From an uncultured Bacteriovoracaceae bacterium (GTDB lineage: Bacteria; Bdellovibrionota; Bacteriovoracia; Bacteriovoracales; Bacteriovoracaceae), in assembly GCA_964012805.1 (NCBI GenBank), contig CAXGUD010000009.1, positions 1-64,000 on the forward strand: a stretch of 64,000 nucleotides of DNA, read 5' to 3'. The position numbers and the translations under genes were made by a program. Position 1 is the stretch's first letter, and each line of letters opens with the position of its first letter. The notes under the pieces were generated by a model. The model searched no databases. It was not told where the DNA came from and was given only the letters and a program-made list of their open reading frames with translations. Below, in pieces: positions 1 through 9,864 of this stretch.

Positions 1-58
1 AAAAAGTTTTTTAATTCATGAAAACGATGGCCACACGGTCTGAAAAAGGACGCTGTCC

Positions 59-1777
59 ATGCTCAATTTAATTAGAAAGCTTATTCCCTACATAAAGCCC
101 CACATGGGGAAGGTTGTTGGCTCTCTCCTTTTTTCAATTTTGCTCGCAGCAATCAAGGGTGGCCAAGCCTACTTGGTTAAACCACTTTTTGATACAGGCC
201 TTAGCCCGAGCTCAACAACTCAGGATATTCTCTTTCTTTGCTTGACCCTTGCTGGGTTAGGTATTCTCAATTTTCCAACACGTTTTTTCCATTTCTATTG
301 GATACGCTATGTCGTCGATAGGGCCACGTGCGATATAAGGGAACAAATTTACGAAAAGCTTCAAAAGCTCCCACTCTCTTTTTACACCCAAAAAAAGCAA
401 GGGGCCCTCATATCAAACCTATTCCATGATACCCAAGCCTTCTCGAGTGGCTTTAGAAACTCTGTCGATATTTTGCGGGAACCGTTAACGGCCCTTGTGA
501 TGTTTTGCATTGCCCTTTCAAGAGACTGGCAGCTAACTCTTGTCATTGTCGGCGCCTTTCCCCTTTTCATTTTAATCTTCAATAAAAGTGGAAAAAAGGC
601 GAGGTATATTCAAAGCGATATTCAAGAAAGAATGTCAGAAATGACTCATACTGCAACTGAAGGCATTGCAGGCCAAAAAGTAACGAAGGCCTTTAATCTA
701 CAGAGCTATATCCTTAGGAGGTTCTCAAAAGCCCAGAACCACTTTTTCGATTCACAAATGAAAGCAACGTTTGTAGAAGAAATGGCCCATCCTCTCGTTG
801 AGTTTGTTGGGGCCATGGCCTTTGCTGGCATCATCTTTTTTGCTCACTACCGTATCACTTCAGGACAAATTTCCACAGGTGACTTTGTAAGCTTCATTGC
901 GGCCATGGCGCTTATCATGGACCCCATCCGAAAGTACTCTCAGGCCAACGTCAAACTTAACCAGGCAAGAGCAGCAGGACAAAGAATTTTTGACCTTCTT
1001 TCTATTCCGGAGGAAGAAGATAAAGGTCAAATTCAAACACTCTCATTTAATGAAAAAATTGAGTTTAAAAATGTTAGCTTTAGATACAATGAAGATGGTC
1101 ACGATGTTCTTAAAGACATTTCTTTTACCATCAAAAAAGGTGAGAAAGTTGGACTCGTGGGACTTTCAGGTTCAGGGAAGTCAACCCTCATCAGCCTACT
1201 TCTTTGCCTTTACCCTCTAAGGAAGGGACAAATTCTTATTGATGGTGTTCCTATAGAAGATATAGACCTGAACTCTTTACGCTCCCTTTTTGCACTCGTT
1301 AATCAGGACATCTTTCTTTTTAATGATACAGTTGAAGAGAACCTGACTTTGGGTCTCACACAAACCTATCAGGCCATTGACCAGTCTTTAAATGTTGCCT
1401 ACGCGAAAGGCTTTGTGGAAGAGCTCCCTTCAAAACTTGGCACTGTCATTGGAGACAGGGGAATGAAACTTTCCGGAGGCCAAAAACAAAGACTTACCAT
1501 AGCTAGGGCCTTTTTGAGAGATTCCGATATCCTCCTCTTTGATGAAGCCACATCGGCCCTTGATAATGAATCAGAAAAAATTGTCCAAAAGGCCCTTCAA
1601 AAAATAGCGGGGAATAAAACTGTTTTAGCTGTGGCCCACCGCCTTTCGACAATACAAGATTTTGACAAGATTATTGTCCTTAAAGAAGGTCAGATTATTG
1701 AACATGGGACACACCAGGAGCTTCTAAATAAGTGGGGTGAATATTCAAAACTATACCAGCTTAGCCAAAAGGCTTAA
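59..1777 (+). CDS. msbA: Lipid A/LPS ABC exporter, MsbA-like (TMD + NBD)
   Basis: N-terminal multi-TM domain; Walker A GLSGSGKST, signature LSGGQKQR, Walker B LLFDEATSALD, AHRLST; lies next to LPS glycosyltransferases. Confidence 0.85.
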   Translation: MLNLIRKLIPYIKPHMGKVVGSLLFSILLAAIKGGQAYLVKPLFDTGLSPSSTTQDILFLCLTLAGLGILNFPTRFFHFYWIRYVVDRATCDIREQIYEKLQKLPLSFYTQKKQGALISNLFHDTQAFSSGFRNSVDILREPLTALVMFCIALSRDWQLTLVIVGAFPLFILIFNKSGKKARYIQSDIQERMSEMTHTATEGIAGQKVTKAFNLQSYILRRFSKAQNHFFDSQMKATFVEEMAHPLVEFVGAMAFAGIIFFAHYRITSGQISTGDFVSFIAAMALIMDPIRKYSQANVKLNQARAAGQRIFDLLSIPEEEDKGQIQTLSFNEKIEFKNVSFRYNEDGHDVLKDISFTIKKGEKVGLVGLSGSGKSTLISLLLCLYPLRKGQILIDGVPIEDIDLNSLRSLFALVNQDIFLFNDTVEENLTLGLTQTYQAIDQSLNVAYAKGFVEELPSKLGTVIGDRGMKLSGGQKQRLTIARAFLRDSDILLFDEATSALDNESEKIVQKALQKIAGNKTVLAVAHRLSTIQDFDKIIVLKEGQIIEHGTHQELLNKWGEYSKLYQLSQKA

Positions 1778-1778
1778 T

Positions 1779-2828
1779 TCATAAAAGGTTTTTATAAACT
1801 TCGAGGTATTCTTTAGCAGCGTTTTCCCAACTAAAAAGTAAACTTCTTTCTTTAAGCTTCCTTACTAAAATGGGCTTATTTTCCCTAAAGTCTTTCATCC
1901 CTTTATCATAAACCTCTTTCATTGAATGAGGTTCGAAATCTTCAAAATAATAAGCAAGATCTCCTCCCACCTCAGGCAAGCTAGTCCTGTTAGATAAAAA
2001 GAGAGGTTTTCCAAAGTGCATGGCCTCTGTTACTGGTAAACCAAAACCCTCAAAAAGAGAGGGGAAAATAAACGCTTCACAATTTTCATAATACCAGTAC
2101 TTTTCTTCTTCAGTAACTTCTCCACAAAGAATAAAACGGTCTTCTAAACCTGCTTCCAATATTTTTCTCTTTAAATCACTGGCATAAGAGTGGAAAAGAG
2201 TTCCTGCCAGAACGATTTTCAAATCTTTAAAAAGCTTTAAAAACTCTACAAGCACATGAAAGTTCTTTTTAGGAACTACTGTGCCAATAGAAAAAAGAAA
2301 GCCACCAGCAGGTGCTTTTTTTGGCCTTTCTTGAGAGTGAGCACATTTTTTTAATGATATTCCATTGTGAATTACATAAGAAGGTTTTGATTTTGTAACT
2401 TCTAAAAACTCCTCAACCTGAGTTTTTGTAAACTTAGAAATATAGGTAAGAGCGTCGGCTCGCTTAATTTTCTTTTGAAGGTCTTCAAGGTAAGCCTCAT
2501 CCCTACCTCTCTCAAAGTACCCATTCAAATCGTGGATAGTTAAGACAAACTTCCCCGAACCCTCTCTGGGGATAAAACGGGAGTCTTGATGAACTGAATG
2601 CCAAATTTTAGTTTTAGGAAGAAAAAAAGGTAGTTGACGGTGAAACTTTCTTAAAGGAAAAAGTGGACCCAAGTAAGAGAACTTTTGAAACTTTTCTTTT
2701 GGTAAATAAAACCCCAAAGAAAGAGGGTCCTTATTATTTTGAACGAGTTCATTTCCCAAATGAAGGCACCATTGGCCTAATCCACAGTAAGGGTCTTTAA
2801 TTTTTTCAAACTCTAGGATGACGTCCAT
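1779..2828 (-). CDS. Glycosyltransferase family 4 (GT-B)
   Basis: FIFPSLFEGFGLPVTEAM and SLPEVGG motifs; start moved to ATG 2828 (MDVILEF) to avoid overlap with the upstream gene. Confidence 0.9.
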   Translation of the reverse strand: MDVILEFEKIKDPYCGLGQWCLHLGNELVQNNKDPLSLGFYLPKEKFQKFSYLGPLFPLRKFHRQLPFFLPKTKIWHSVHQDSRFIPREGSGKFVLTIHDLNGYFERGRDEAYLEDLQKKIKRADALTYISKFTKTQVEEFLEVTKSKPSYVIHNGISLKKCAHSQERPKKAPAGGFLFSIGTVVPKKNFHVLVEFLKLFKDLKIVLAGTLFHSYASDLKRKILEAGLEDRFILCGEVTEEEKYWYYENCEAFIFPSLFEGFGLPVTEAMHFGKPLFLSNRTSLPEVGGDLAYYFEDFEPHSMKEVYDKGMKDFRENKPILVRKLKERSLLFSWENAAKEYLEVYKNLL

Positions 2829-2841
2829 TAATACCTTACCT

Positions 2842-3723
2842 TCACAAGAGTTTATAGTTTCTATATTCGAAAACCCTATGGCCTGTCGTATTTTCAATTA
2901 GATCAGAAAGCCAACGGCTTAAAAACCTCAATTGAAATTTAGATTTAAGAGAAAGTACATCGATATCATTTTTATTTTTTTCAATCCAATCTGACATATT
3001 AGCGGGGTGGTCACCTTCAAACTTTTTTAACCCCCAAACCCTGTAGTACTTAAATTTATCCTCATCCACAAAGTCCTTGCCATGATACAACTTGGAAAAG
3101 CTTTCTACTTTTTTTTCCATGACATCAAAAATTCTTGCCCAGCCATAATGATAAACTGTCGCCCCCACAAGCTTGCAAAGAAGTTTTGACCCTCCAGCAG
3201 CTTTAAAACCCTGAGCATCTAGGTGACTGTAAGCACCAATACCATTACGGACAAGACGAACCTCTCTTCTATAAGCATTTCGATTCCTTTTAACAATATC
3301 AGTATTACAATAAAAGTGGAGGTAATCATAAACAAGGCCTTGAATTCTCTTATCCTTCTCCATGGCCTTGACACCACTTAGAATTTTTTCATAGTCATTG
3401 GCATGAAGTACTTCATCCCCCTGAATATATTGGCAATACTTCCCTCTACATTTTGATAATGCAATATTTGTTTGTTGGGCCAGAACCTTTCCACCTTCCG
3501 ACAATGCAGGGTCCCAATAATTTTTCAAAAAAACATAACGTTTGCCCTTAAAATGCTCCCTTAGATAGTCATAAGTCCCATCATCTTTTTGACATGAAGG
3601 ATCATCAAAACCAACATTAATAATAACCTCATCACAAAAAGGATCGACACTCTCAATGCTCTCTTTAAAAGGGTAACCAAGACTCAAACCATTTTTTATG
3701 AACGTAAAACCAGAAATGTTCAT
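2842..3723 (-). CDS. Glycosyltransferase family 2 (LPS-related)
   Basis: MNISGFTFIKN start; DEVIINVG, DDGT, YIQGDEVLH and VYHYGW, typical of GT-A LPS glycosyltransferases. Confidence 0.85.
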   Translation of the reverse strand: MNISGFTFIKNGLSLGYPFKESIESVDPFCDEVIINVGFDDPSCQKDDGTYDYLREHFKGKRYVFLKNYWDPALSEGGKVLAQQTNIALSKCRGKYCQYIQGDEVLHANDYEKILSGVKAMEKDKRIQGLVYDYLHFYCNTDIVKRNRNAYRREVRLVRNGIGAYSHLDAQGFKAAGGSKLLCKLVGATVYHYGWARIFDVMEKKVESFSKLYHGKDFVDEDKFKYYRVWGLKKFEGDHPANMSDWIEKNKNDIDVLSLKSKFQLRFLSRWLSDLIENTTGHRVFEYRNYKLL

Positions 3724-3989
3724 ACAACTCAACCCATATCCTTTTTGTCCAAATAATTATATAAAATCTGCCTTATACAACTTTAAGCCAGCTCCGGGTT
3801 AAGATAGCTTCTCTTTTTATTTTTCGCAAGAAAGTCGGTCACTAATTACCAATAAATGCAATGAATCAATCTTGTTCAATCGGACTTGCTATTATTATTT
3901 CTTTTTTGCATAGTCAAAAATGACTCCATCAATTTGTTATCTAGTGTCAAATTATTCACTATACTGAGGTCCTTCAAAAAAATAAAAAA

Positions 3990-5033
3990 ATGAAGACGAA
4001 ACAAAAGAGAAAAAAAATCCTTATTTGTAAGCATAGAGCTATTGGTGACTCTATAATGGGTCTGGGGGCCATTCGATTTGCAAAAGAGCTTTTTCCAGAC
4101 TCAAAGGTTTACTATGGAGTACCCCACTGGATCACTCCAATCTATGAAGATGTTATTCATGATGCGGACCAAATTTTCCCTTTAAACTTTACAAGTTTTA
4201 AGGAGGCCTTCAAAACATTTCTTAAGCTAAAAGAAGAGTCTTTTGACCTAGTTTTTGAGCTCCATCAGTCTGGAAAAACAAAAAAAATTTTCTCACTACT
4301 TTCCTTTATTAATAGAAATTTAACTTACCACTATCACAACCACCATTTAAAAGAAGGCACTCTCATTAAAGATCAGGGTGTTCCCAAAGAACTTATTCAA
4401 AGAGACCTTGACGGTCTTGCGAGCCTCTTAGGCATTAAAGATCATTGGCCTCATTACCTTTCTTACATACCACGATTACAATCGAAACAAAAAATCCAAG
4501 ACATAAAAAAAGCAAGAATCATTATAGGAATAGTTGCGACCAGAAAAACGAAAATGTGGCCACTTGAATATTATTCTGAGCTCTGTAAAAGGCTCTTGGA
4601 GCTAAGCCCTACTTTAGAAATTGGGATTCCTCTTTCAAAGTCAAAGGAAGATATTAATCTCAAAAGAAAGCTCGACCAAATGATATCTAGTGAAAGAATC
4701 ACTTACCACTTTGAATCCCTTAAGCAACTCCCAAAACTTTTCTTTAATTCGACACTTTATATTGGAAACGACACTGGCCAAAAACACCTGGCAGTCGCCT
4801 GTGGCATAAAGACCTTTACTTTTTTTGGTCCAGAGCCACCCAAAGAATGGCACCCCTATTCAGATGAACATCATCCCTTTTTCTATAAAGATAACCTTGA
4901 GTGCAGAACTAGAAATTCTCACTTCTGTGGCTTATCCGAATGTGAAAGTATGATTTGTCTTAATGAGATCACTCCTGATTTTGTTTTTGAAAAAATTAAG
5001 AATTTAATTTTAGAAACCGCAAACGATAGATGA
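3990..5033 (+). CDS. Glycosyltransferase family 9 (ADP-heptose:LPS heptosyltransferase-like)
   Basis: AIGDSIM N-terminal motif, KMWP, IGNDTGQKHLAVA, FGP, Cys-rich C-terminus. Confidence 0.88.
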   Translation: MKTKQKRKKILICKHRAIGDSIMGLGAIRFAKELFPDSKVYYGVPHWITPIYEDVIHDADQIFPLNFTSFKEAFKTFLKLKEESFDLVFELHQSGKTKKIFSLLSFINRNLTYHYHNHHLKEGTLIKDQGVPKELIQRDLDGLASLLGIKDHWPHYLSYIPRLQSKQKIQDIKKARIIIGIVATRKTKMWPLEYYSELCKRLLELSPTLEIGIPLSKSKEDINLKRKLDQMISSERITYHFESLKQLPKLFFNSTLYIGNDTGQKHLAVACGIKTFTFFGPEPPKEWHPYSDEHHPFFYKDNLECRTRNSHFCGLSECESMICLNEITPDFVFEKIKNLILETANDR

Positions 5034-5101
5034 TATACCTTTTAACATTTAGAAATGTTGCATACTATTTTTAGACTTTATCTTTAAACCTGGATTGACT
5101 T

Positions 5102-6538
5102 ATGATCGCTGGAAGTTTTCTCTGTTTTCTCATTCTTTTTGTTTTGATTGGTCTGGCCTCTACTTTCTATTCCAAAAAAACAGAGGAGGATTATTTAACA
5201 ACTGGCCAGAATACAAAACCTTGGTTAGTGGCACTCTCAGCTGTAGCAACAAATAACAGCGGTTACATGTTTATTGGTGTCATTGGATTCACTTATACAA
5301 CTGGTCTTTCCTCCTTTTGGGTTACTTTTGGCTTTTTCTTTGGGGATTACCTTGCTTCTCTTTTAATTCATAAAAAGCTTCGGGTTAAGTCGGAAGAGAA
5401 AAAGTCCACTAGTTTTGGCCAACTCCTCTCCACATGGCAGGGACAAAATTTCAAAAAACTAAGAATCTTCACAGGCCTCATGACTCTCATTTTTCTTAGC
5501 ATCTACGCTGCCGCTCAATTCAAAGCTGGAAGTAAAGCCCTTCACGTCCTCTTCAATTGGGATTATTCCTATGGGGCCATCATTGGTGGAATCATTGTTT
5601 TACTCTATTGTTTAGCAGGAGGAATGAGAGCAAGTATTTGGACTGATGCTGCTCAATCGTTTGTAATGATTCTTTCTATGGCCTTATTAACCTGGACCGC
5701 CGTTGATTCTTTGGGGGGGATCCAAGCTGTCTATAATAAGCTTTTATCAATTGACCCTAATTACCTTTCACTCACACCGACCTCGATAAAAGGGCAAGGC
5801 TTTTCAGCATTGGCGCTTTTTATTCTGGGATGGATATGCGCTGGCTTTGGTGTCATAGGACAGCCTCATATTATGATGAGGTTTATTACCCTTGATAACC
5901 CTCAAAATATGAAAAGGGCGAGGATTTATTATTACAGCTGGTATGGCGTCTTTAGTCTTTTAACAATCGTCGTAGGTCTTTGCGCTAGGTTGTTAATCCC
6001 TGAAGCAAGTGCCTTTGATGCTGAGCTGGCCCTCCCCACGATTTCAAAAATCCTTCTCCCAGAAGTTCTTGTGGGACTAATTTTGGCCGGTTTATTTGCT
6101 GCGACGATGAGTACTGCCGATTCACAAGTTCTTAGTTGTTCGAGTGCCATAAGCAAAGATATCCTTCCCCAAAAGAAAAACAATCTTTTATTTACAAAGA
6201 TGTCGACAGTTTTTGTAGCAGTTTTCTCTCTTTTAATAGCTCTTTATGGTGGAACGAATGTTTTTAACCTTGTCATTGTTGCCTGGTCTATTTTAGCCGC
6301 CGCCTTTGCTCCTCTTATCACACTTTTCGTTTTTCGCTTTTCACTAACTGAAAATGAATGCCTGCTTATTTCTATCACAGGTGTAATATCAACTTTGTTA
6401 TGGCGGAATTTTGGTCTTTCCTCAACCCTTGCAGAAGTTGGCCCTGGTCTCGCCTCTGGCTTTATTATCTTTGGGATCTGCCAGATGTTAAAAAAACGCC
6501 TTATCTACAAAAAGGAAGGCCTGGATATTGCTTCTTGA
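5102..6538 (+). CDS. putP: Sodium/proline (SSS family) symporter
   Basis: About 13 TM segments; ALSAVATNNSGYMFIG, GGMRASIWTDAAQ, GQPHIMMRF, AATMSTADSQ. Confidence 0.8.
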   Translation: MIAGSFLCFLILFVLIGLASTFYSKKTEEDYLTTGQNTKPWLVALSAVATNNSGYMFIGVIGFTYTTGLSSFWVTFGFFFGDYLASLLIHKKLRVKSEEKKSTSFGQLLSTWQGQNFKKLRIFTGLMTLIFLSIYAAAQFKAGSKALHVLFNWDYSYGAIIGGIIVLLYCLAGGMRASIWTDAAQSFVMILSMALLTWTAVDSLGGIQAVYNKLLSIDPNYLSLTPTSIKGQGFSALALFILGWICAGFGVIGQPHIMMRFITLDNPQNMKRARIYYYSWYGVFSLLTIVVGLCARLLIPEASAFDAELALPTISKILLPEVLVGLILAGLFAATMSTADSQVLSCSSAISKDILPQKKNNLLFTKMSTVFVAVFSLLIALYGGTNVFNLVIVAWSILAAAFAPLITLFVFRFSLTENECLLISITGVISTLLWRNFGLSSTLAEVGPGLASGFIIFGICQMLKKRLIYKKEGLDIAS

Positions 6539-7352
6539 AATTAAACCCCTAAGGCAATATTCTTTTACAATGATGGCAAAATTAAAAAAGTTATACCTAG
6601 ATGGCTTAATAAGTTTAAATGTAAAAAAAGGACTCATTTACGCTTTTTTTCTTTTTCTTTCAATTTTCTCTTTTAATGCAAAAGCAGATGTAGACTTCAT
6701 GATAAGAGGGGGACTTTTATCTGGACTTTGGTCAATAGACGTAAATACTGATGCTTATACTTCAACGAGGAGAGGAAACATAGGTGGAGCGAATGCAGCA
6801 GCTTCTCTTTCTCTAGAAGGGAGTTTTTTTTCTATTGGACTTGAGTATGAACAATCAATTGAAGAACGTTGGTACTATGGGGATGCTTCAGAGACTTCAG
6901 ACGATAATAACTGGGACTCAATGTCTGCCAATAAGAAAAAATATATTGCTTTCTTAGGTCTTGGAACTACGGGCCAAAATATGTTTTCCTTCATTTCAAC
7001 ACGGATAGGTTATGTAAAGGCGAACCTTGACCTTGGGAATAATATTCTTGCTAACAACCCAAAGGCAAGCTATGAAGGAAATGGGGTTAAGTTAAGCTTT
7101 TTCTATAAAAATATTTTTCAAACTCTCGACTGGGGCATCGACCTCTCACTGGACTTAAATTACATTCTTTACGATTCACTTTCAAGCAATGGATCAACAA
7201 CCAAGTTACCCGGCACGATCGGAAATTATACTTACTCTAAATTACAAGAGCTATCAGGTTCTTTAATGCTTGGTATTTCATTTACATTTTTAAAGAATAT
7301 TTTAGAAATGCAACCAGGCGGAGAATTTTTTAAAATGCCAGGAGATAGCTAA
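6528..7352 (+). CDS. Hypothetical exported protein, possible outer-membrane beta-barrel
   Basis: Hydrophobic signal-like segment ending AKA-D, followed by alternating amphipathic beta-strand pattern; true start uncertain. Confidence 0.5.
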   Translation: MLLEIKPLRQYSFTMMAKLKKLYLDGLISLNVKKGLIYAFFLFLSIFSFNAKADVDFMIRGGLLSGLWSIDVNTDAYTSTRRGNIGGANAAASLSLEGSFFSIGLEYEQSIEERWYYGDASETSDDNNWDSMSANKKKYIAFLGLGTTGQNMFSFISTRIGYVKANLDLGNNILANNPKASYEGNGVKLSFFYKNIFQTLDWGIDLSLDLNYILYDSLSSNGSTTKLPGTIGNYTYSKLQELSGSLMLGISFTFLKNILEMQPGGEFFKMPGDS

Positions 7353-7365
7353 CTTTTTATCCCCT

Positions 7366-7812
7366 CTAATCCATTAAAAACTCTTCAAAAAAGAGTGCCT
7401 CAATTTCTTTCATTATTTTTGCCCTCTTTCCAATGTCTGGATCTTGTTCATCAGGCAATTGGATGCCTTTTTTCGCTCCCCAGTTTTTGAGACAGTAATT
7501 AACATAATTGCCATCTTCAAAAACTCCTCCTTCAAAAATACCATCTGAACTTGTCCAAACAATCAAATGAGTTGGGGACTTTTCAATCAATTCCCTAATA
7601 GAGGAATACAAATTTTTATAACAAAAGAGAGGAATATCTATAGTCAGCATCGATTCACTAAATGCTTTTAAATCAGACCCCTCTTCTTTATCCAAAATCC
7701 ACATTCCATCATCAGTGACTTCACCTAACTTCTTTAGTTTTTCAAAAGCGTACTTCACATCATTGAAGTCGTGAAAAACTATGGAGCCACCTATAGTTGC
7801 AAAGATTCCCAT
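7366..7812 (-). CDS. Hypothetical protein
   Basis: ORF 7366..7959; more plausible ATG at 7812 (MGIFATIGG) with a purine-rich GAGAGG upstream. Confidence 0.6.
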   Translation of the reverse strand: MGIFATIGGSIVFHDFNDVKYAFEKLKKLGEVTDDGMWILDKEEGSDLKAFSESMLTIDIPLFCYKNLYSSIRELIEKSPTHLIVWTSSDGIFEGGVFEDGNYVNYCLKNWGAKKGIQLPDEQDPDIGKRAKIMKEIEALFFEEFLMD

Positions 7813-8323
7813 TAACCAAGACCTCTCAACTTTTAGAATGTCACTAAATACTACACCAAAAAAAGGTCTTAGTTTGAGATTTCTGTAAGAAAAAAATAAC
7901 TTATTAATATTACTAATTTTTGAAATAAAAAATAAATAATTTATATTGAAAAAAGCCAAGCCAATTTACTCTTTCCTCAAAAGCTGCCTCTTCGTAAGAC
8001 ACAGAAAGTTCAAAAATAAATTAAGGCTAAGTTCTAACTCATTAAATATTATTCATAGTACTATTTTGGATTTTCATAATTCCTCCATCACAAAACTGAC
8101 TAACCTTACTAACCCAACACACATAAAAAAAGGGAGAAAATTCGCTAAAAAAGTCCAAAAAAAAATAGAGTTTTCTCTTTCAAGGAAATATGCACTCTTT
8201 TTTAACACTTTCACCCATAATTTTATCGACCTTCCCAAAAAAAGCTAATAAAATCCACGAATAGAGGGATCGTTTTTTCGGCTAAGCGAAATTACTGACT
8301 CTAAATTTTAAAAAAGAAGACTT

Positions 8324-8351
8324 AAAAAAATAGGCCCGTAGGGCTTTTTTT
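8324..8351 (+). terminator. Intrinsic terminator-like hairpin upstream of the fabF-like gene
   Basis: AAAAAAATAGGCCC-GTA-GGGCTTTTTTT: GC stem with U-tract, A-tract on the other side. Confidence 0.55.
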
Positions 8352-8423
8352 ATTTCTAAAACACTGAGGCTGAACCTTTCTCATCTTAAAAAAGCCTGGT
8401 GATTTAGTTAAAAGGTAAACGTA

Positions 8424-9662
8424 ATGGAATTGAGAAGAGTCGCTATTACTGGAATGAATTCAATTTCAGGAATAGGCAACAATATAGACGAAATGTGGGA
8501 CAACCTTATCAATGGAAAAACTGGTATCGAAAAGTTTGACCTTTGCGGAGACCCAGATATGGCCCACTTCGCAGCAAGAGTTAAGAACCTTTCTTTTTCG
8601 GAAGAATTCTTTGATCACAAAGATTTGAAAAACCTAGACCTTTTTGCAAAATTTGGTGTTCAGGCCACAATGGATTTACTCCATAATCAGTCCTTCTTTG
8701 AAAAAGACAAATTTGGCTATGACCCTTATCGAATAGGGTGCCTCATGGGTGTTGGTATTTTTGGTATCGAAACAATCAACGATGCTGCTCACAAATACAC
8801 TAATGGAAAGAAAAGGGATATCTCTTATTACCACCTTGCTGCCATGATTCCAAATTCAGTTACAGCTCAAATTTCAATTAAGTCTGGTATAAAAGGAATT
8901 GCAAGCGCAGCTTCAAGCGCATGCTCTTCGGCATCCATAGCAATAGCTCAAGCTGCTCAAGAAATTATGCTTGGATCTCACGACATGATCATTACAGGTG
9001 GATCTGATTCTTCATTTGAAAACTCCTGGTATTATGGCTTTTCTAAACTCGCCTTAACTAAATATAAAGGTGATGATGTAAAAATGGCCTGCAAACCTTT
9101 TGATGTTGATAGAAAAGGAACTGTTTTTGGGGAAGGTGCCGGAATTCTCATTCTTGAAGACTACGAAAAGGCCAAGCAAAGAGGAGCAACTATATACGGG
9201 GAGATTGTAGGATTTGGAAGCACATCAGACGCTTTCCACTCTCTTGCTATGGACCCAAAAGTTGAAGCCCCTATTGCGGCCATGAAAAATGCCTTAAAAA
9301 TGGCCAATATTCAACCTTCCCAAATTGATTGGGTTAGCACCCATTCTCCAGGAACACCCAAAGGGGATATTGGAGAAGCACAGGCAATCCAAGAAGTCTT
9401 TGGTGAAAACCGTCCTCTCATAACAGCTTTCAAGTCTTATTTAGGGCATAGTATGGGTGCTTCTGGTGCCCATGAATTGATTGCCCTGATTAAATCCGTT
9501 AATGAAGGGTATGCAGTCCCCACACTCAATTTAGAAAACGTAGACAAAAACTGCGACCTTAATCATGTCATGGGTGAGCCAATAAAAGTAAAAACCACCT
9601 ATGCCCTCAAAAATGCTATTGGATTTGGAGGAACAAATTCAAGCCTGGTTATAAAATTTTAA
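8424..9662 (+). CDS. fabF: Beta-ketoacyl-ACP synthase II-like
   Basis: RRVAITG, catalytic Cys in SSACSS, GEGAG, His in STHSPGT, KSYLGHSMGA, GFGGTN. Confidence 0.8.
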   Translation: MELRRVAITGMNSISGIGNNIDEMWDNLINGKTGIEKFDLCGDPDMAHFAARVKNLSFSEEFFDHKDLKNLDLFAKFGVQATMDLLHNQSFFEKDKFGYDPYRIGCLMGVGIFGIETINDAAHKYTNGKKRDISYYHLAAMIPNSVTAQISIKSGIKGIASAASSACSSASIAIAQAAQEIMLGSHDMIITGGSDSSFENSWYYGFSKLALTKYKGDDVKMACKPFDVDRKGTVFGEGAGILILEDYEKAKQRGATIYGEIVGFGSTSDAFHSLAMDPKVEAPIAAMKNALKMANIQPSQIDWVSTHSPGTPKGDIGEAQAIQEVFGENRPLITAFKSYLGHSMGASGAHELIALIKSVNEGYAVPTLNLENVDKNCDLNHVMGEPIKVKTTYALKNAIGFGGTNSSLVIKF

Positions 9663-9864
9663 ATTAACTCGAAACAACTGGTTCTCTTCTTAAACAACAT
9701 TAAAGTGTCAAAAGGACACCGCCGGTTCTGCCTGACTTTTTTTTTCATTACCTATTATCTCTTTTCAAAGACTTAGAAGTTTTTGGTAATGGCCTGTTTA
9801 TTGCTTTTTTAAAAAGTAGCTAATACCAGACAAAACCAAGCATGCTGTAACAGGAGAAAGCATA

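Noticed and set aside
7946..8248. 100-aa ORF on + strand
   Set aside because: TTG start, low-complexity AT-rich intergenic-like composition, no motif; probably spurious
8260..8400. Known riboswitch (SAM-I, TPP, fluoride, c-di-GMP) upstream of fabF
   Set aside because: Only fragments (GAGGGA, GGCCC, CTGAG, GAACCT) resemble consensus pieces, and their spacing and order do not fit any family I can recognise
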